The translations under genes were made by a program, and so were the position numbers. Below the pieces are notes generated by a model, which saw only the letters and a program-made list of their open reading frames with translations, was not told where the DNA came from and searched no databases. Below, piece by piece: positions 19,518 through 28,276 of a DNA stretch of 51,990 nucleotides. How positions within the stretch are numbered: the stretch's first letter is position 1; the number at the start of each line of letters is the position of its first letter. The stretch covers positions 1 to 51,990 of the forward strand of contig JBFMCP010000023.1 in the NCBI GenBank assembly GCA_040754455.1, read 5' to 3'. Origin of the DNA: Nitrospirota bacterium (lineage in GTDB: Bacteria > Nitrospirota > Thermodesulfovibrionia > Thermodesulfovibrionales > Dissulfurispiraceae).

Positions 19518-21608
19518 CTATGAACGGAGCTCTCCTTTCGTCTTGTCGAGGATATACGCGACCAGTGTCTGGTGCACCGGATCAATCTCTTCATCGGTGA
19601 GTGTTCTGTCAGTCGCCCTGTATCTCACCGTAAAGGCAATGCTCTTTTTCCCTTCAGGGATGTTCTTGCCCTGATACACGTCAAAGAGCCAGATATCTTC
19701 GATCAGCTCGGTAGGGTATGCCTTGAGCCATGTCACAATCTGCGCAGCTTCCAGGCTGGCATCGATAATGATCGCCGTATCACGTTCGATAAAGGGATAA
19801 CGGGGCAGGGGACGGTATTTCAGTTCCTGCATCGTGTAGGGGACAAGACGATCGAGGTCGAGATCGATGACGAAAAGGGAGAGTTTGGGGACTTTTGCCT
19901 CAAGACGCTCGGTCACTAGCGGTGAGAGCGCACCGACAGAACCGATCCGGTCGTTGCCGATCATGATATCCGCTGATTGTCCAGGGTGCAGAAAAGGCTC
20001 GGAAGACCTGGCAAAAGAATACCCCGAAATCTTGAGGTCCTTTAGAATCGCTTCGATGATCCCTTTGACCACGTAGAAATCAGCAGCAGGTTCAGGATAA
20101 AGGGCCTTGGTCTTTTCCTTATAATACACGGCGGCAAGGCGTCGCTTTTCAACCGGCAGCGCATCCGCTTGCTCGGCAATGAATATCTTTGCGATCTCGA
20201 AAAGCCTGAACTCCCGGTTGCCGTGAGCGACATTATGCACCACATTCCTGAGCAACGCCGGGATGAGCGTCGTGCGCATGCATGAATCTTCAGCCCTGAG
20301 CGGGTTCCTCACGAACACGGTCTTCCGCCGCTCATCACCCTCCCCGATCTGGAGCAGATCGAGGTCCTGTGGCGCCATGAAGCTGTAGTTGATCACTTCC
20401 GTATATCCCGACTTCAGAAACGATGCCTTCAGCTCACCCAAAAATTTCTCGTGGTAGACTTTCTTCAGGTCCTCGCGATCAGTGAGCCCGACCAGCGCTT
20501 TCGGCAGTGTCGCGGGGATACGATCATAGCCGTAGGTGCGCACGACCTCTTCAATAATGTCCGCATCCCTCCGGACATCCATTCTGTAGGCCGGCGGCTT
20601 TATGGTGAACACCTCACCTGTCTCTTCCACACTAAAACCCAGGGGACTCAGAAGGCCGATTATTTCACTCTTTTGCAGCCTCAGGCCGAGCACCCGGTTG
20701 ATCTTGTCACTGCTTGTCCTTATTTCCGCCGGCACATACTTTTTCGGGTAAATATCGATCTTGCCGTATATCTCTCCCCGGGCCACTTCCTGCATGAGGA
20801 ACGCCGCCCGGTCGAGGGCTTTCTTGAGCATCTTAATGTCCGCGCCTCTCTCGAAACGGTACGAGGCCTCGGTTTTCAATCCCAGCGTCTTCGAGGCTTT
20901 CCGTACGGATACAGGATCAAAATAGGCGCTCTCGATGAAAATATCCACCGTATCACTGCTCACCTCGGTCTCGGCGCCGCCCATGACGCCGGCAACGGCC
21001 ACCGGACGCTCGGCATCCCATATCAGGAGTGTATCTTCGGGAATATCCCGTTCGACACCATCGAGGGTGGTAAGCCTAGTCGTGGCATGACTACCCAGTG
21101 TGCCGCCCGGAGTGCCGATGCGAATGCGGTGCCCCCGCAGCGTATGGAGATCAAAGGCGTGGAGAGGATGCCCCAGCTCCAGGAGGACATAGTTGGTAAC
21201 GTCGACCACATTGTTGATCGAACGGATGCCGCATTTCTCAAGCCGCTTCTTCAGCCATTCAGGTGATGGCCCCACTTTGAGATGCCGGATAATCCTTCCG
21301 GCATAACGGTGGCAGAGCGCCGGCTCAAGGATATCCACGTTGAAATCCAGCTCTCCGGCCTCTGCAACAACATCGTGCTCCGGAAATTCCACGGGGATTC
21401 CGTAGGCAGCTGAAAGCTCTCGCGCTATACCGATAATGCTGAGACAATCGGGGCGGTTGGGAGTGATGTTGATCTCGAAAACAGTATCACTGTCGACCCG
21501 CTCCAATGCCTCCACCTCAAGACCGAGCATGGTCAGCCGGTGCGCCGCCTCTTCTGCCGAAACGGAGATAGGGACTACCTCTTTAAGCCATTCAAAGGGA
21601 ACACGCAT
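19518..21608 (-). CDS. pheT: Phenylalanine-tRNA ligase beta subunit (lacks the B2 domain)
   Basis: ITPNRPDCLS, INNVVDVTNY, GHPLHAFD, RFERG, DIIEEVVRTYGY, C-terminal anticodon-binding domain. Confidence 0.95.
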   Translation of the reverse strand: MRVPFEWLKEVVPISVSAEEAAHRLTMLGLEVEALERVDSDTVFEINITPNRPDCLSIIGIARELSAAYGIPVEFPEHDVVAEAGELDFNVDILEPALCHRYAGRIIRHLKVGPSPEWLKKRLEKCGIRSINNVVDVTNYVLLELGHPLHAFDLHTLRGHRIRIGTPGGTLGSHATTRLTTLDGVERDIPEDTLLIWDAERPVAVAGVMGGAETEVSSDTVDIFIESAYFDPVSVRKASKTLGLKTEASYRFERGADIKMLKKALDRAAFLMQEVARGEIYGKIDIYPKKYVPAEIRTSSDKINRVLGLRLQKSEIIGLLSPLGFSVEETGEVFTIKPPAYRMDVRRDADIIEEVVRTYGYDRIPATLPKALVGLTDREDLKKVYHEKFLGELKASFLKSGYTEVINYSFMAPQDLDLLQIGEGDERRKTVFVRNPLRAEDSCMRTTLIPALLRNVVHNVAHGNREFRLFEIAKIFIAEQADALPVEKRRLAAVYYKEKTKALYPEPAADFYVVKGIIEAILKDLKISGYSFARSSEPFLHPGQSADIMIGNDRIGSVGALSPLVTERLEAKVPKLSLFVIDLDLDRLVPYTMQELKYRPLPRYPFIERDTAIIIDASLEAAQIVTWLKAYPTELIEDIWLFDVYQGKNIPEGKKSIAFTVRYRATDRTLTDEEIDPVHQTLVAYILDKTKGELRS

Positions 21609-21626
21609 AATCTCTCCGGATAAAGC

Positions 21627-21750
21627 CTAAATTCGAAATTCTAAATCCTAAACAAGTTTAAAGCACTAACCTCAATCCCAAAGGGTAGTTATTCCTCGTT
21701 TTGGATTTTGGTCATTTGAAATTGTTTAGAATTTCGATATTCGGATTTAG
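21627..21750. repeat. Imperfect inverted repeat (about 50-bp arms) built of 7-mer units
   Basis: ctaaattcgaaattctaaatcctaaacaagtttaaa... pairs with ...tttgaaattgtttagaatttcgatattcggatttag. Confidence 0.75.
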
Positions 21751-21767
21751 AGTTTTGCATATTTCTT

Positions 21768-22775
21768 TTAAAATTGCTTCAAGAATCTGATATCGTTCTC
21801 GAAGAACAATCGTATATCGTCCATGGAGTACTTCAGCATGGCGATGCGCTCCACGCCCATGCCGAAGGCAAAGCCGGTGTATTCTTCCGGGTCATATCCC
21901 ACATGCTCGAAGACAGCGGGATGTACCATTCCTGCACCGAGGACCTCGAGCCAGCCCGATCCTTTGCACACTCTGCAGCCCGTGTTGTTGCAGAGAATAC
22001 AGCCGATATCCACCTCAGCCGAGGGCTCGGTAAAAGGGAAGAAGCTCGGCCTGAACCGTACCGGCGTATCAGGGCCGAACATCTGGTGCAGGAATGCCTC
22101 GAGAATGCCTTTCAGATGGCTAAAGGTGATATCTTTATCGACCATAAGCCCCTCCACCTGGTGGAACATGGGCGTATGGGTAATGTCCGCATCGCACCGA
22201 TAGACCTTGCCGGGGGCGATAAACTGTACCGGCGGCTTTCTCTTTTCCATGCCCCTCACCTGTACCGGTGAGGTATGGGTCCTCAAGACAATGTCCTTGC
22301 TGATGAAGAAGGTGTCCTGCATATCCCTGGCAGGATGCTCCTTGGGAAAATTCAGTGCCTCGAAGTTGTAGTAGTCGAGCTCCACCTCGGGCCCCTCCTC
22401 GACAATGAATCCCATTCTGACGAAGATATCGACGATCTCCGCAAGCGTCCTGCTGAGGGGATGCACGCTGCCAAAGGGAGTGAATTTGCCGGGCAGGGTG
22501 ATATCGATCGACTCTTTCATCAATTGCTGTCTGACCGCCTCGCCTTTGAGCGAAGACTCCCTGGCATCGATCTCCTGCTCAATGAGCTGCTTGAGCTCGT
22601 TCACCTTCTTGCCGAAGGCGGGCCGCTCATCGGCAGGGATTGACGAGAGCGATTTCAATTGGTCGGTAATGAGCCCTTTTCTGCCGAGGTACTTTACCCT
22701 GAGCCGGGAGAGATCGTCAGGTGTAACGGCGGATGACAGCTCCTCAAGGAATGTTCGTCTCAGATCGTCGATCAT
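21768..22775 (-). CDS. pheS: Phenylalanine-tRNA ligase alpha subunit
   Basis: HPARDMQDTF, LRTHTSPVQ, FHQVEG, FPFTEPS, GFAFGMGVER. Confidence 0.97.
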   Translation of the reverse strand: MIDDLRRTFLEELSSAVTPDDLSRLRVKYLGRKGLITDQLKSLSSIPADERPAFGKKVNELKQLIEQEIDARESSLKGEAVRQQLMKESIDITLPGKFTPFGSVHPLSRTLAEIVDIFVRMGFIVEEGPEVELDYYNFEALNFPKEHPARDMQDTFFISKDIVLRTHTSPVQVRGMEKRKPPVQFIAPGKVYRCDADITHTPMFHQVEGLMVDKDITFSHLKGILEAFLHQMFGPDTPVRFRPSFFPFTEPSAEVDIGCILCNNTGCRVCKGSGWLEVLGAGMVHPAVFEHVGYDPEEYTGFAFGMGVERIAMLKYSMDDIRLFFENDIRFLKQF

Positions 22776-22788
22776 TGCTTAAACGCTG

Positions 22789-22830
22789 ATGCACGGAACA
22801 GGAGAGAATGTCTCCGCCTGTTCCGTGCAT
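22789..22830. other. Perfect 14-bp stem-loop between rplT and pheS
   Basis: atgcacggaacagg-N14-cctgttccgtgcat, no U-tract. Confidence 0.6.
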
Positions 22831-22852
22831 AAGAGATCATGGTATCGTTGTA

Positions 22853-23206
22853 CTATTTCTTTTTTGCGACTTGGGCTGCGAGCTCGCTGAAGCTCTTGAA
22901 GTCATGGTATGCCAGATCGGCAAGGGCCTTCCTGTTCATGGCAATGTTGGCCTTCTTCAATCCGTCCATGAACTGGCTGTAGGTCATGTCGATAGACCTG
23001 AGCGCTGCATTGATACGTGCGATCCAGAGTGCCCTGAACTCGCGCTTCTTGAGCTTTCTATCCTTGTATGCAGCAATAAGGGCCTTGTCAACGACCTGCG
23101 TTGCGACCTTATACAGCCTGCTCCGCGCGCCGAAGTAGCCCTTCGCACTCTTTACTACCTTTTTATGATATCGTCTGGTCTTAAAGCCACCTTTTGCCCT
23201 CGGCAT
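22853..23206 (-). CDS. rplT: 50S ribosomal protein L20
   Basis: AKGYFG...[20 protein letters not shown]. Confidence 0.97.
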   Translation of the reverse strand: MPRAKGGFKTRRYHKKVVKSAKGYFGARSRLYKVATQVVDKALIAAYKDRKLKKREFRALWIARINAALRSIDMTYSQFMDGLKKANIAMNRKALADLAYHDFKSFSELAAQVAKKK

Positions 23207-23347
23207 GCTCTCCTCCTTATAGGAACGAAAAACTTCTCTTTTAATTTAAGAGCTTACATTTTAGCAACTGAACGGCAGAGGCGTCAAGTGGCGCCTCCAA
23301 AAAAGAGCCCCCATGCATTGCTGAGGACCACTGCTGAACAAACGGAT

Positions 23348-23548
23348 TTAAACCATATAGGGCAGCAGCTTTTTTACATTATCGTGCTGTGCCTTGGGTA
23401 CGAGTGTGCTCTTCCTGAGATTTCTGCCCCTCTTCGAGGGCTTACCGGTCAGGAGATGGCTCTTATATGCCTTGTTCCTCTTTATCTTACCGCTGCCCGT
23501 CACCTTGAATCTCTTGGCAGCGCCCCTGTGGGTCTTCAGCTTTGGCAT
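23348..23548 (-). CDS. rpmI: 50S ribosomal protein L35
   Basis: [30 protein letters not shown]. Confidence 0.97.
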   Translation of the reverse strand: MPKLKTHRGAAKRFKVTGSGKIKRNKAYKSHLLTGKPSKRGRNLRKSTLVPKAQHDNVKKLLPYMV

Positions 23549-23678
23549 ACGATCCTCCTTTCTTCTCTGCTCTGAGGTAAAAAACAGATAGTCAGTAGCA
23601 AGGTCACGCAAAGAGAACTATTATACCTTTTCTCCTCTGACTTTTGCTACTGGCTATCTGGGGACTATCTTTCAGCGG

Positions 23679-24191
23679 TTATTTGCTGCTCGGTGCAATC
23701 ACCATGGTAATATGGTTGCCCTCAAGCTTCGGCTGTTGCTCTATACTGAATTTTCCGTCCAGGCCGGCAAGGAGCTCGGTCATCTTCTGGAACACCTTCA
23801 TTCCGAACTCAGGCCTCACGATCTCGCGTCCTCTGAAGTACATGGTGACCTTTGCCTTGTCTCCCTCGTCGAGGAATCTCCTGATGTTCTTCACCTTGAG
23901 CTGGAGATCGTGGTCGGTGATCTGGGGCCGGACTTTCACTTCCTTGACATCGACCGTCTTCCGGGCCGTGTGCTTCTTGCTCATCTGGTATTTGTACTTA
24001 CCAAAATCCATCACCCTGCATACGGGCGGTGTAGCGCCGGGAGCAACCTCGACAAGATCATATCCCCGCTCCCGCGCGATCCGCAGCGCTTCGTTAATGG
24101 GGACAATCCCGAGTTGCTCGCCCTCATCACCGATAAGCCTCACCTCTCTGGACCTGATGCCTTCATTGACTCTGACAGTTTCTTTACTGAT
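23679..24191 (-). CDS. infC: Translation initiation factor IF-3 (probable AUC start)
   Basis: VNEGI...VRLI, PPVCRVMDFGKYKY, FRGRE; GGAGG lies 7 nt before ATC at 24191. Confidence 0.95.
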   Translation of the reverse strand: MSKETVRVNEGIRSREVRLIGDEGEQLGIVPINEALRIARERGYDLVEVAPGATPPVCRVMDFGKYKYQMSKKHTARKTVDVKEVKVRPQITDHDLQLKVKNIRRFLDEGDKAKVTMYFRGREIVRPEFGMKVFQKMTELLAGLDGKFSIEQQPKLEGNHITMVIAPSSK

Positions 24192-24276
24192 GTTCACACC
24201 TCCAAAATAAAGTTAGAAGCAGGAGTACAATATCCTCTCCTTCCTTCGTACGTATAGATCGACTATTTCTTACTTC

Positions 24277-26169
24277 TTACTTTCTGCTTGTTATTTCATC
24301 TTTTATTATCGCCAGAAATTCATCAATTGTAAACGGTCCGATATTCTCGCCGCTCCGCTTCCGCACCGTTATCTTCTGCTCCGCTGCCTCTTTGTCGCCG
24401 AGAATGATCAGGTAGGGGATCTTCCTGAGCGTCGCCTCTCTGATCTTGTAGCCGATCTTCTCGTTATCGAGGTTCAGCTCAGACCGTATGCCCGCCTGCT
24501 TCATCGAACGGTAGATGTTCTTTGCATAGATATCGTGCTTTTCCGATATCGTCAGAATCGCCACCTGTACCGGCGAGAGCCAGAGCGGGAAAAGACCTGC
24601 ATAGTGCTCGATCAGCACGCCGAAGAAGCGTTCAAGGGATCCCATCAGCGCACGGTGGATCATGATCGGCCGGTGATCCTTGCCGTCGCTGCCCCGGTAG
24701 CTCGTGTCAAACCGTTCAGGGAGATTAAAGTCGACCTGTATGGTGCTGCACTGCCACGATCTGTTCAGGACATCCTTTATCTTTATATCGATCTTGGGCC
24801 CGTAGAAGACACCCTCACCAGGGTCGACCTCGTACTTCAGCCCCTTTTTCTCCAGTGCCTGCTTCAAGGCATTGGTCGCCCGCTCCCAGTTTTCCGGAGT
24901 ACCTACATATTTCTCGGGCCGGGTAGAAAGATAGATGTCATATGAATCAAAGCCGAAGGTCCTCAGAATAATGAGGGTAAAGTCGAGAATATTCAATATT
25001 TCTTCCTCGATCTGGTCCTCTCTGCAGAATATATGGGCATCGTCCTGGGTGAATCCCCGCACTCTCATGAGGCCGTGCAGCGTTCCCGAGCGCTCAAAGC
25101 GATAGACCGTCCCCAGCTCAGCATATCTGATCGGCAGTTCCCGGTAGCTCCTCAGGGAACTCTTGTAAATGCCTATGTGGAAGGGACAGTTCATCGGCTT
25201 GAGCTCATACGCAACATCTTCCACCTCCATCGGCGAGTACATGCTCTCGCGGTAGAAGTCCCAGTGGCCGCTCTGCTGCCAGAGGTGCAGCCGCGCGATA
25301 TGGGGAGTGAAGAGTATTTTGTAATCCGACTTCTCGTGCTCGGCCCTCCAGAAATCCTCTATGGTCCTTCTGATAATCGCACCGTTCGGATGCCACAGGA
25401 TAAGGCCGGGGCCGATGTCATCGCTCACGCTGAAGAGGTCGAGCTCCTTGCCGATCTTCCGGTGATCCCGCTTCTTTACCTCTTCAAGAAAATCGAGATA
25501 TGCCTTCAACTCCTCTTTGGTCTCAAAGGCGGTCCCGTAGATCCTCTGGAGCATCTTCCTCTTTTCGTCGCCGCGCCAGTAGGCGCCGGCAACGCTCAGG
25601 AGCTTGAATGCCTTCACCCGCCCTGTCTTCGTCAGGTGCGGTCCCCTGCAGAGGTCCACAAACCCATCTTCCTCATAGAGCGAAACGGTATCGTCAGTGA
25701 TCTCCTGGAGCAGCTCGACCTTGTACTGCTCTCCCTTGCTCTTGAAGAGCGCTACTGCCTCCTGCTTCGGGAGCGTCCTTCTCACAAAAGGGGTGTTTTT
25801 CTTGATGAGCTCCTTCATTCGCTTCTCGATCTTTTCGAGATCTTCGGCGGTGAACGGAGCATCTCTGTCGAAGTCGTAATAGAAACCGTCTTCCGTAGCA
25901 GGGCCTATGGCGACCTTTGTATCGGGAAACAGTTCCTTTACGGCATGGGCCATGATATGAGAGGTGCTGTGGCGATATATCTCTTTCCCCTGCTTTGAGG
26001 CAAAGGTGATGATCTCTACGGCTGATCGGGGATCAAGGGATTCTATCGATGTAAGGTCTTTCAGTTCGCCGTCGACCTTGAGGGCGAGGGCTTTTGAGGA
26101 CTCAATCTGCTTTTTAAGCTCGGTCGCGTCTACTTCTTTTTCGGCGCCGCCGGGAAAGATAAGTTTTAT
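24277..26169 (-). CDS. thrS: Threonine-tRNA ligase (probable AUA start)
   Basis: RHSTSHIMAHAV, DLCRGPH, KPMNCPFH, RVRGFTQDDAH; the frame stays open 72 codons upstream of the track start, up to GGAGGA-N6-ATA. Confidence 0.95.
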   Translation of the reverse strand: MKLIFPGGAEKEVDATELKKQIESSKALALKVDGELKDLTSIESLDPRSAVEIITFASKQGKEIYRHSTSHIMAHAVKELFPDTKVAIGPATEDGFYYDFDRDAPFTAEDLEKIEKRMKELIKKNTPFVRRTLPKQEAVALFKSKGEQYKVELLQEITDDTVSLYEEDGFVDLCRGPHLTKTGRVKAFKLLSVAGAYWRGDEKRKMLQRIYGTAFETKEELKAYLDFLEEVKKRDHRKIGKELDLFSVSDDIGPGLILWHPNGAIIRRTIEDFWRAEHEKSDYKILFTPHIARLHLWQQSGHWDFYRESMYSPMEVEDVAYELKPMNCPFHIGIYKSSLRSYRELPIRYAELGTVYRFERSGTLHGLMRVRGFTQDDAHIFCREDQIEEEILNILDFTLIILRTFGFDSYDIYLSTRPEKYVGTPENWERATNALKQALEKKGLKYEVDPGEGVFYGPKIDIKIKDVLNRSWQCSTIQVDFNLPERFDTSYRGSDGKDHRPIMIHRALMGSLERFFGVLIEHYAGLFPLWLSPVQVAILTISEKHDIYAKNIYRSMKQAGIRSELNLDNEKIGYKIREATLRKIPYLIILGDKEAAEQKITVRKRSGENIGPFTIDEFLAIIKDEITSRK

Positions 26170-26308
26170 GGCTATTCCTCCAATAAGAAAATTATTTTAT
26201 ATCATAACTGATTTGCAATGCGCTATTCAATGCAATTATAGCGTAAATACAGCACCATGGTCGCCCCGGGGGTTGGGTGAGGCAACAGATATGTTCTACA
26301 CTATACCT

Positions 26309-27121
26309 ATGGGACAGTTCATCGTCTTTACCGACCTTGACGGTACCCTCCTGGACCATACCTACTCCTGCACTGCGGCGTTGCCGGCACTGCGGCTGTT
26401 AAAAGAGAGGAAGACCCCTCTTGTGCTTTGTTCAAGCAAGACAAAGGCAGAGATCGAGCACTACCGGAAAAAGCTCGACAACCGGGATCCCTTTATAGCG
26501 GAGAACGGGGGAGGTATTTTCCTGCCCAAAGGCTATTTCTCTTTCTCAGACATCGAGGGCTACACCTTTGTCGAGGATGGTGAATATCTCATGCTCAGAC
26601 TTGGTACTCCTTATACAGCGCTGAGGAAGGCATTACGGGAATTGCGCTCGCAAGGATTCAGGGTAAGGGGGTTCGGCGATCTGTCGGTCAGCGAGATTGC
26701 ACGGTTGACCGGTCTGAGTAATGATGAGGCAGCAATGGCGCGGGAGAGAGACTTCGACGAGCCCTTCATCTTCGAAGGGGATAACGAGCAGGCACTCACC
26801 GAAGCGATCGCGGCAAAGGGGTTCAACGTGATCAGGGGAGGTGCATTCTTCCATCTCCTCGGCAGCAGCGACAAGGGCACGGCGGTCTCGCTGCTGATCG
26901 ATATGTACAAGAGGCATTACGGCGGATGCACAACAATAGCTCTGGGCGACGGCCCCAATGATCTTCCCATGCTCGAAAGGGTTGACCATCCCGTAATCGT
27001 GCAAAGGACAGACGGCACCTACGATCCACGCATAACCCTTCCAGGGCTCATCAAAGCAGAAGGGATCGGGCCCGAGGGATGGGACAAGGCAGTGATCAGC
27101 TTATTATCGAGGATTCATTAA
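26309..27121 (+). CDS. mpgP: Mannosyl/glucosyl-3-phosphoglycerate phosphatase (HAD IIB)
   Basis: FTDLDGTLLD, CSSKTKAE, AENGG, ALGDGPNDLPML. Confidence 0.85.
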   Translation: MGQFIVFTDLDGTLLDHTYSCTAALPALRLLKERKTPLVLCSSKTKAEIEHYRKKLDNRDPFIAENGGGIFLPKGYFSFSDIEGYTFVEDGEYLMLRLGTPYTALRKALRELRSQGFRVRGFGDLSVSEIARLTGLSNDEAAMARERDFDEPFIFEGDNEQALTEAIAAKGFNVIRGGAFFHLLGSSDKGTAVSLLIDMYKRHYGGCTTIALGDGPNDLPMLERVDHPVIVQRTDGTYDPRITLPGLIKAEGIGPEGWDKAVISLLSRIH

Positions 27122-27837
27122 TGGCTTGCCAACCTGCCGTCACTCATCTCGAGGATGCGGTGGCACTTTCTGGAAAGCGATTCGTTGTGGGTAACGATGA
27201 CGAAGGTGATACCGCGTCTGGTATTAACATTCATGAGGAGCCTGAAGAGCTCTTCGCCGGTGGCGGTATCGAGATTCCCCGTAGGTTCATCGGCAAGCAC
27301 TACCTTTGGCTCAAGGAGCAGCGCGCGCGCCACCGCCACCCGCTGCTGCTCCCCTCCCGACAGCTCTCCCGGCTTATGGCTTCTTCGCGTATACAGACCG
27401 AGTTCGTTGAGCAGACCTTCGGCACGCTCCTGCAATGCCTTCCGGTCCATGGTGCTCTGGCCCTGTCCGTGCGCAATAAGCCCGGGCATCATCACATTTT
27501 CGAGGGCGTTGAACTCGGGCAGGAGATAGTGGAACTGGAAGATAAAGCCCACCATCTTGTTTCTGAATGCAGCGAGCGCCCGGTCGTCAAGGGAAAAAGG
27601 ATCAACAGTACCGTCCGCTTCATCACTCTTCGTTTTATAGATAACCCTGCCCGATGTCGGTGTATCGAGCGTTCCCAGGATATGGAGAAACGTGCTCTTC
27701 CCGGCACCCGACATGCCGACGACCCCGACGATTTCGCCCTCAAGAAAAACGGTATCGATGCCTTTAAGGACCTTCAGCTCACCCGCGGGGGTGAAAAAGG
27801 ATTTTTCGAGTGCTTCTACCCGTATGAGCTCCGGCAT
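27118..27837 (-). CDS. lolD: Lipoprotein-releasing ABC ATPase
   Basis: GMSGAGKST, GFIFQFHYLLPEF, LSGGEQQR, ADEPTGNLD; near lolE. Confidence 0.88.
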   Translation of the reverse strand: MPELIRVEALEKSFFTPAGELKVLKGIDTVFLEGEIVGVVGMSGAGKSTFLHILGTLDTPTSGRVIYKTKSDEADGTVDPFSLDDRALAAFRNKMVGFIFQFHYLLPEFNALENVMMPGLIAHGQGQSTMDRKALQERAEGLLNELGLYTRRSHKPGELSGGEQQRVAVARALLLEPKVVLADEPTGNLDTATGEELFRLLMNVNTRRGITFVIVTHNESLSRKCHRILEMSDGRLASH

Positions 27838-27838
27838 A

Positions 27839-28276
27839 CTACTGATCCCTCTCCGGCCCTTTCAGCTTATGCATCATTTTGCTCCACCATTCACGCGCCG
27901 ACTGCCACCATGATTTCTCTTCCGATTCGTCTCCCTTCGGGGAGTCGCTCTTCACTTCTTTCTTCTGAGAAGAACTCTTAGCGGGATGCTTAGCCGTATC
28001 CCTTTTCCCGGATTTTTTTGCGGCGACTTCTCCCGTCTCTTCCGGCTCATCATCCTTCGTGCCGGTCCACTTCTTTATCTTTTCTGTTGCCGTATCCTTC
28101 GTCTCTTTGATCGCATCCGCCTTCTCGCCGAGTTCCTCGCTGCTCTTCCTTATTGCCCCGCCGGTCTTTTCGCCGAACCATCTGAACTTCTCCCCGCCGC
28201 TCCACAAGGCGATGACAAGAAAAGCGATTACGCCGATGACGGAGATACAGAGTATTCTTTTAATCAATGTGCACAC
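27839..28276 (-). CDS. Hypothetical protein with N-terminal TM anchor and charged K/E-rich tail
   Basis: One TM helix, low-complexity tail; tightly packed between lolE and lolD. Confidence 0.6.
   Translation of the reverse strand: MCTLIKRILCISVIGVIAFLVIALWSGGEKFRWFGEKTGGAIRKSSEELGEKADAIKETKDTATEKIKKWTGTKDDEPEETGEVAAKKSGKRDTAKHPAKSSSQKKEVKSDSPKGDESEEKSWWQSAREWWSKMMHKLKGPERDQ

Noticed and set aside
25964..26308. N-terminal extension of mpgP in the track
   Set aside because: Antisense to the real thrS 5' end; the HAD motif begins right after ATG 26309.
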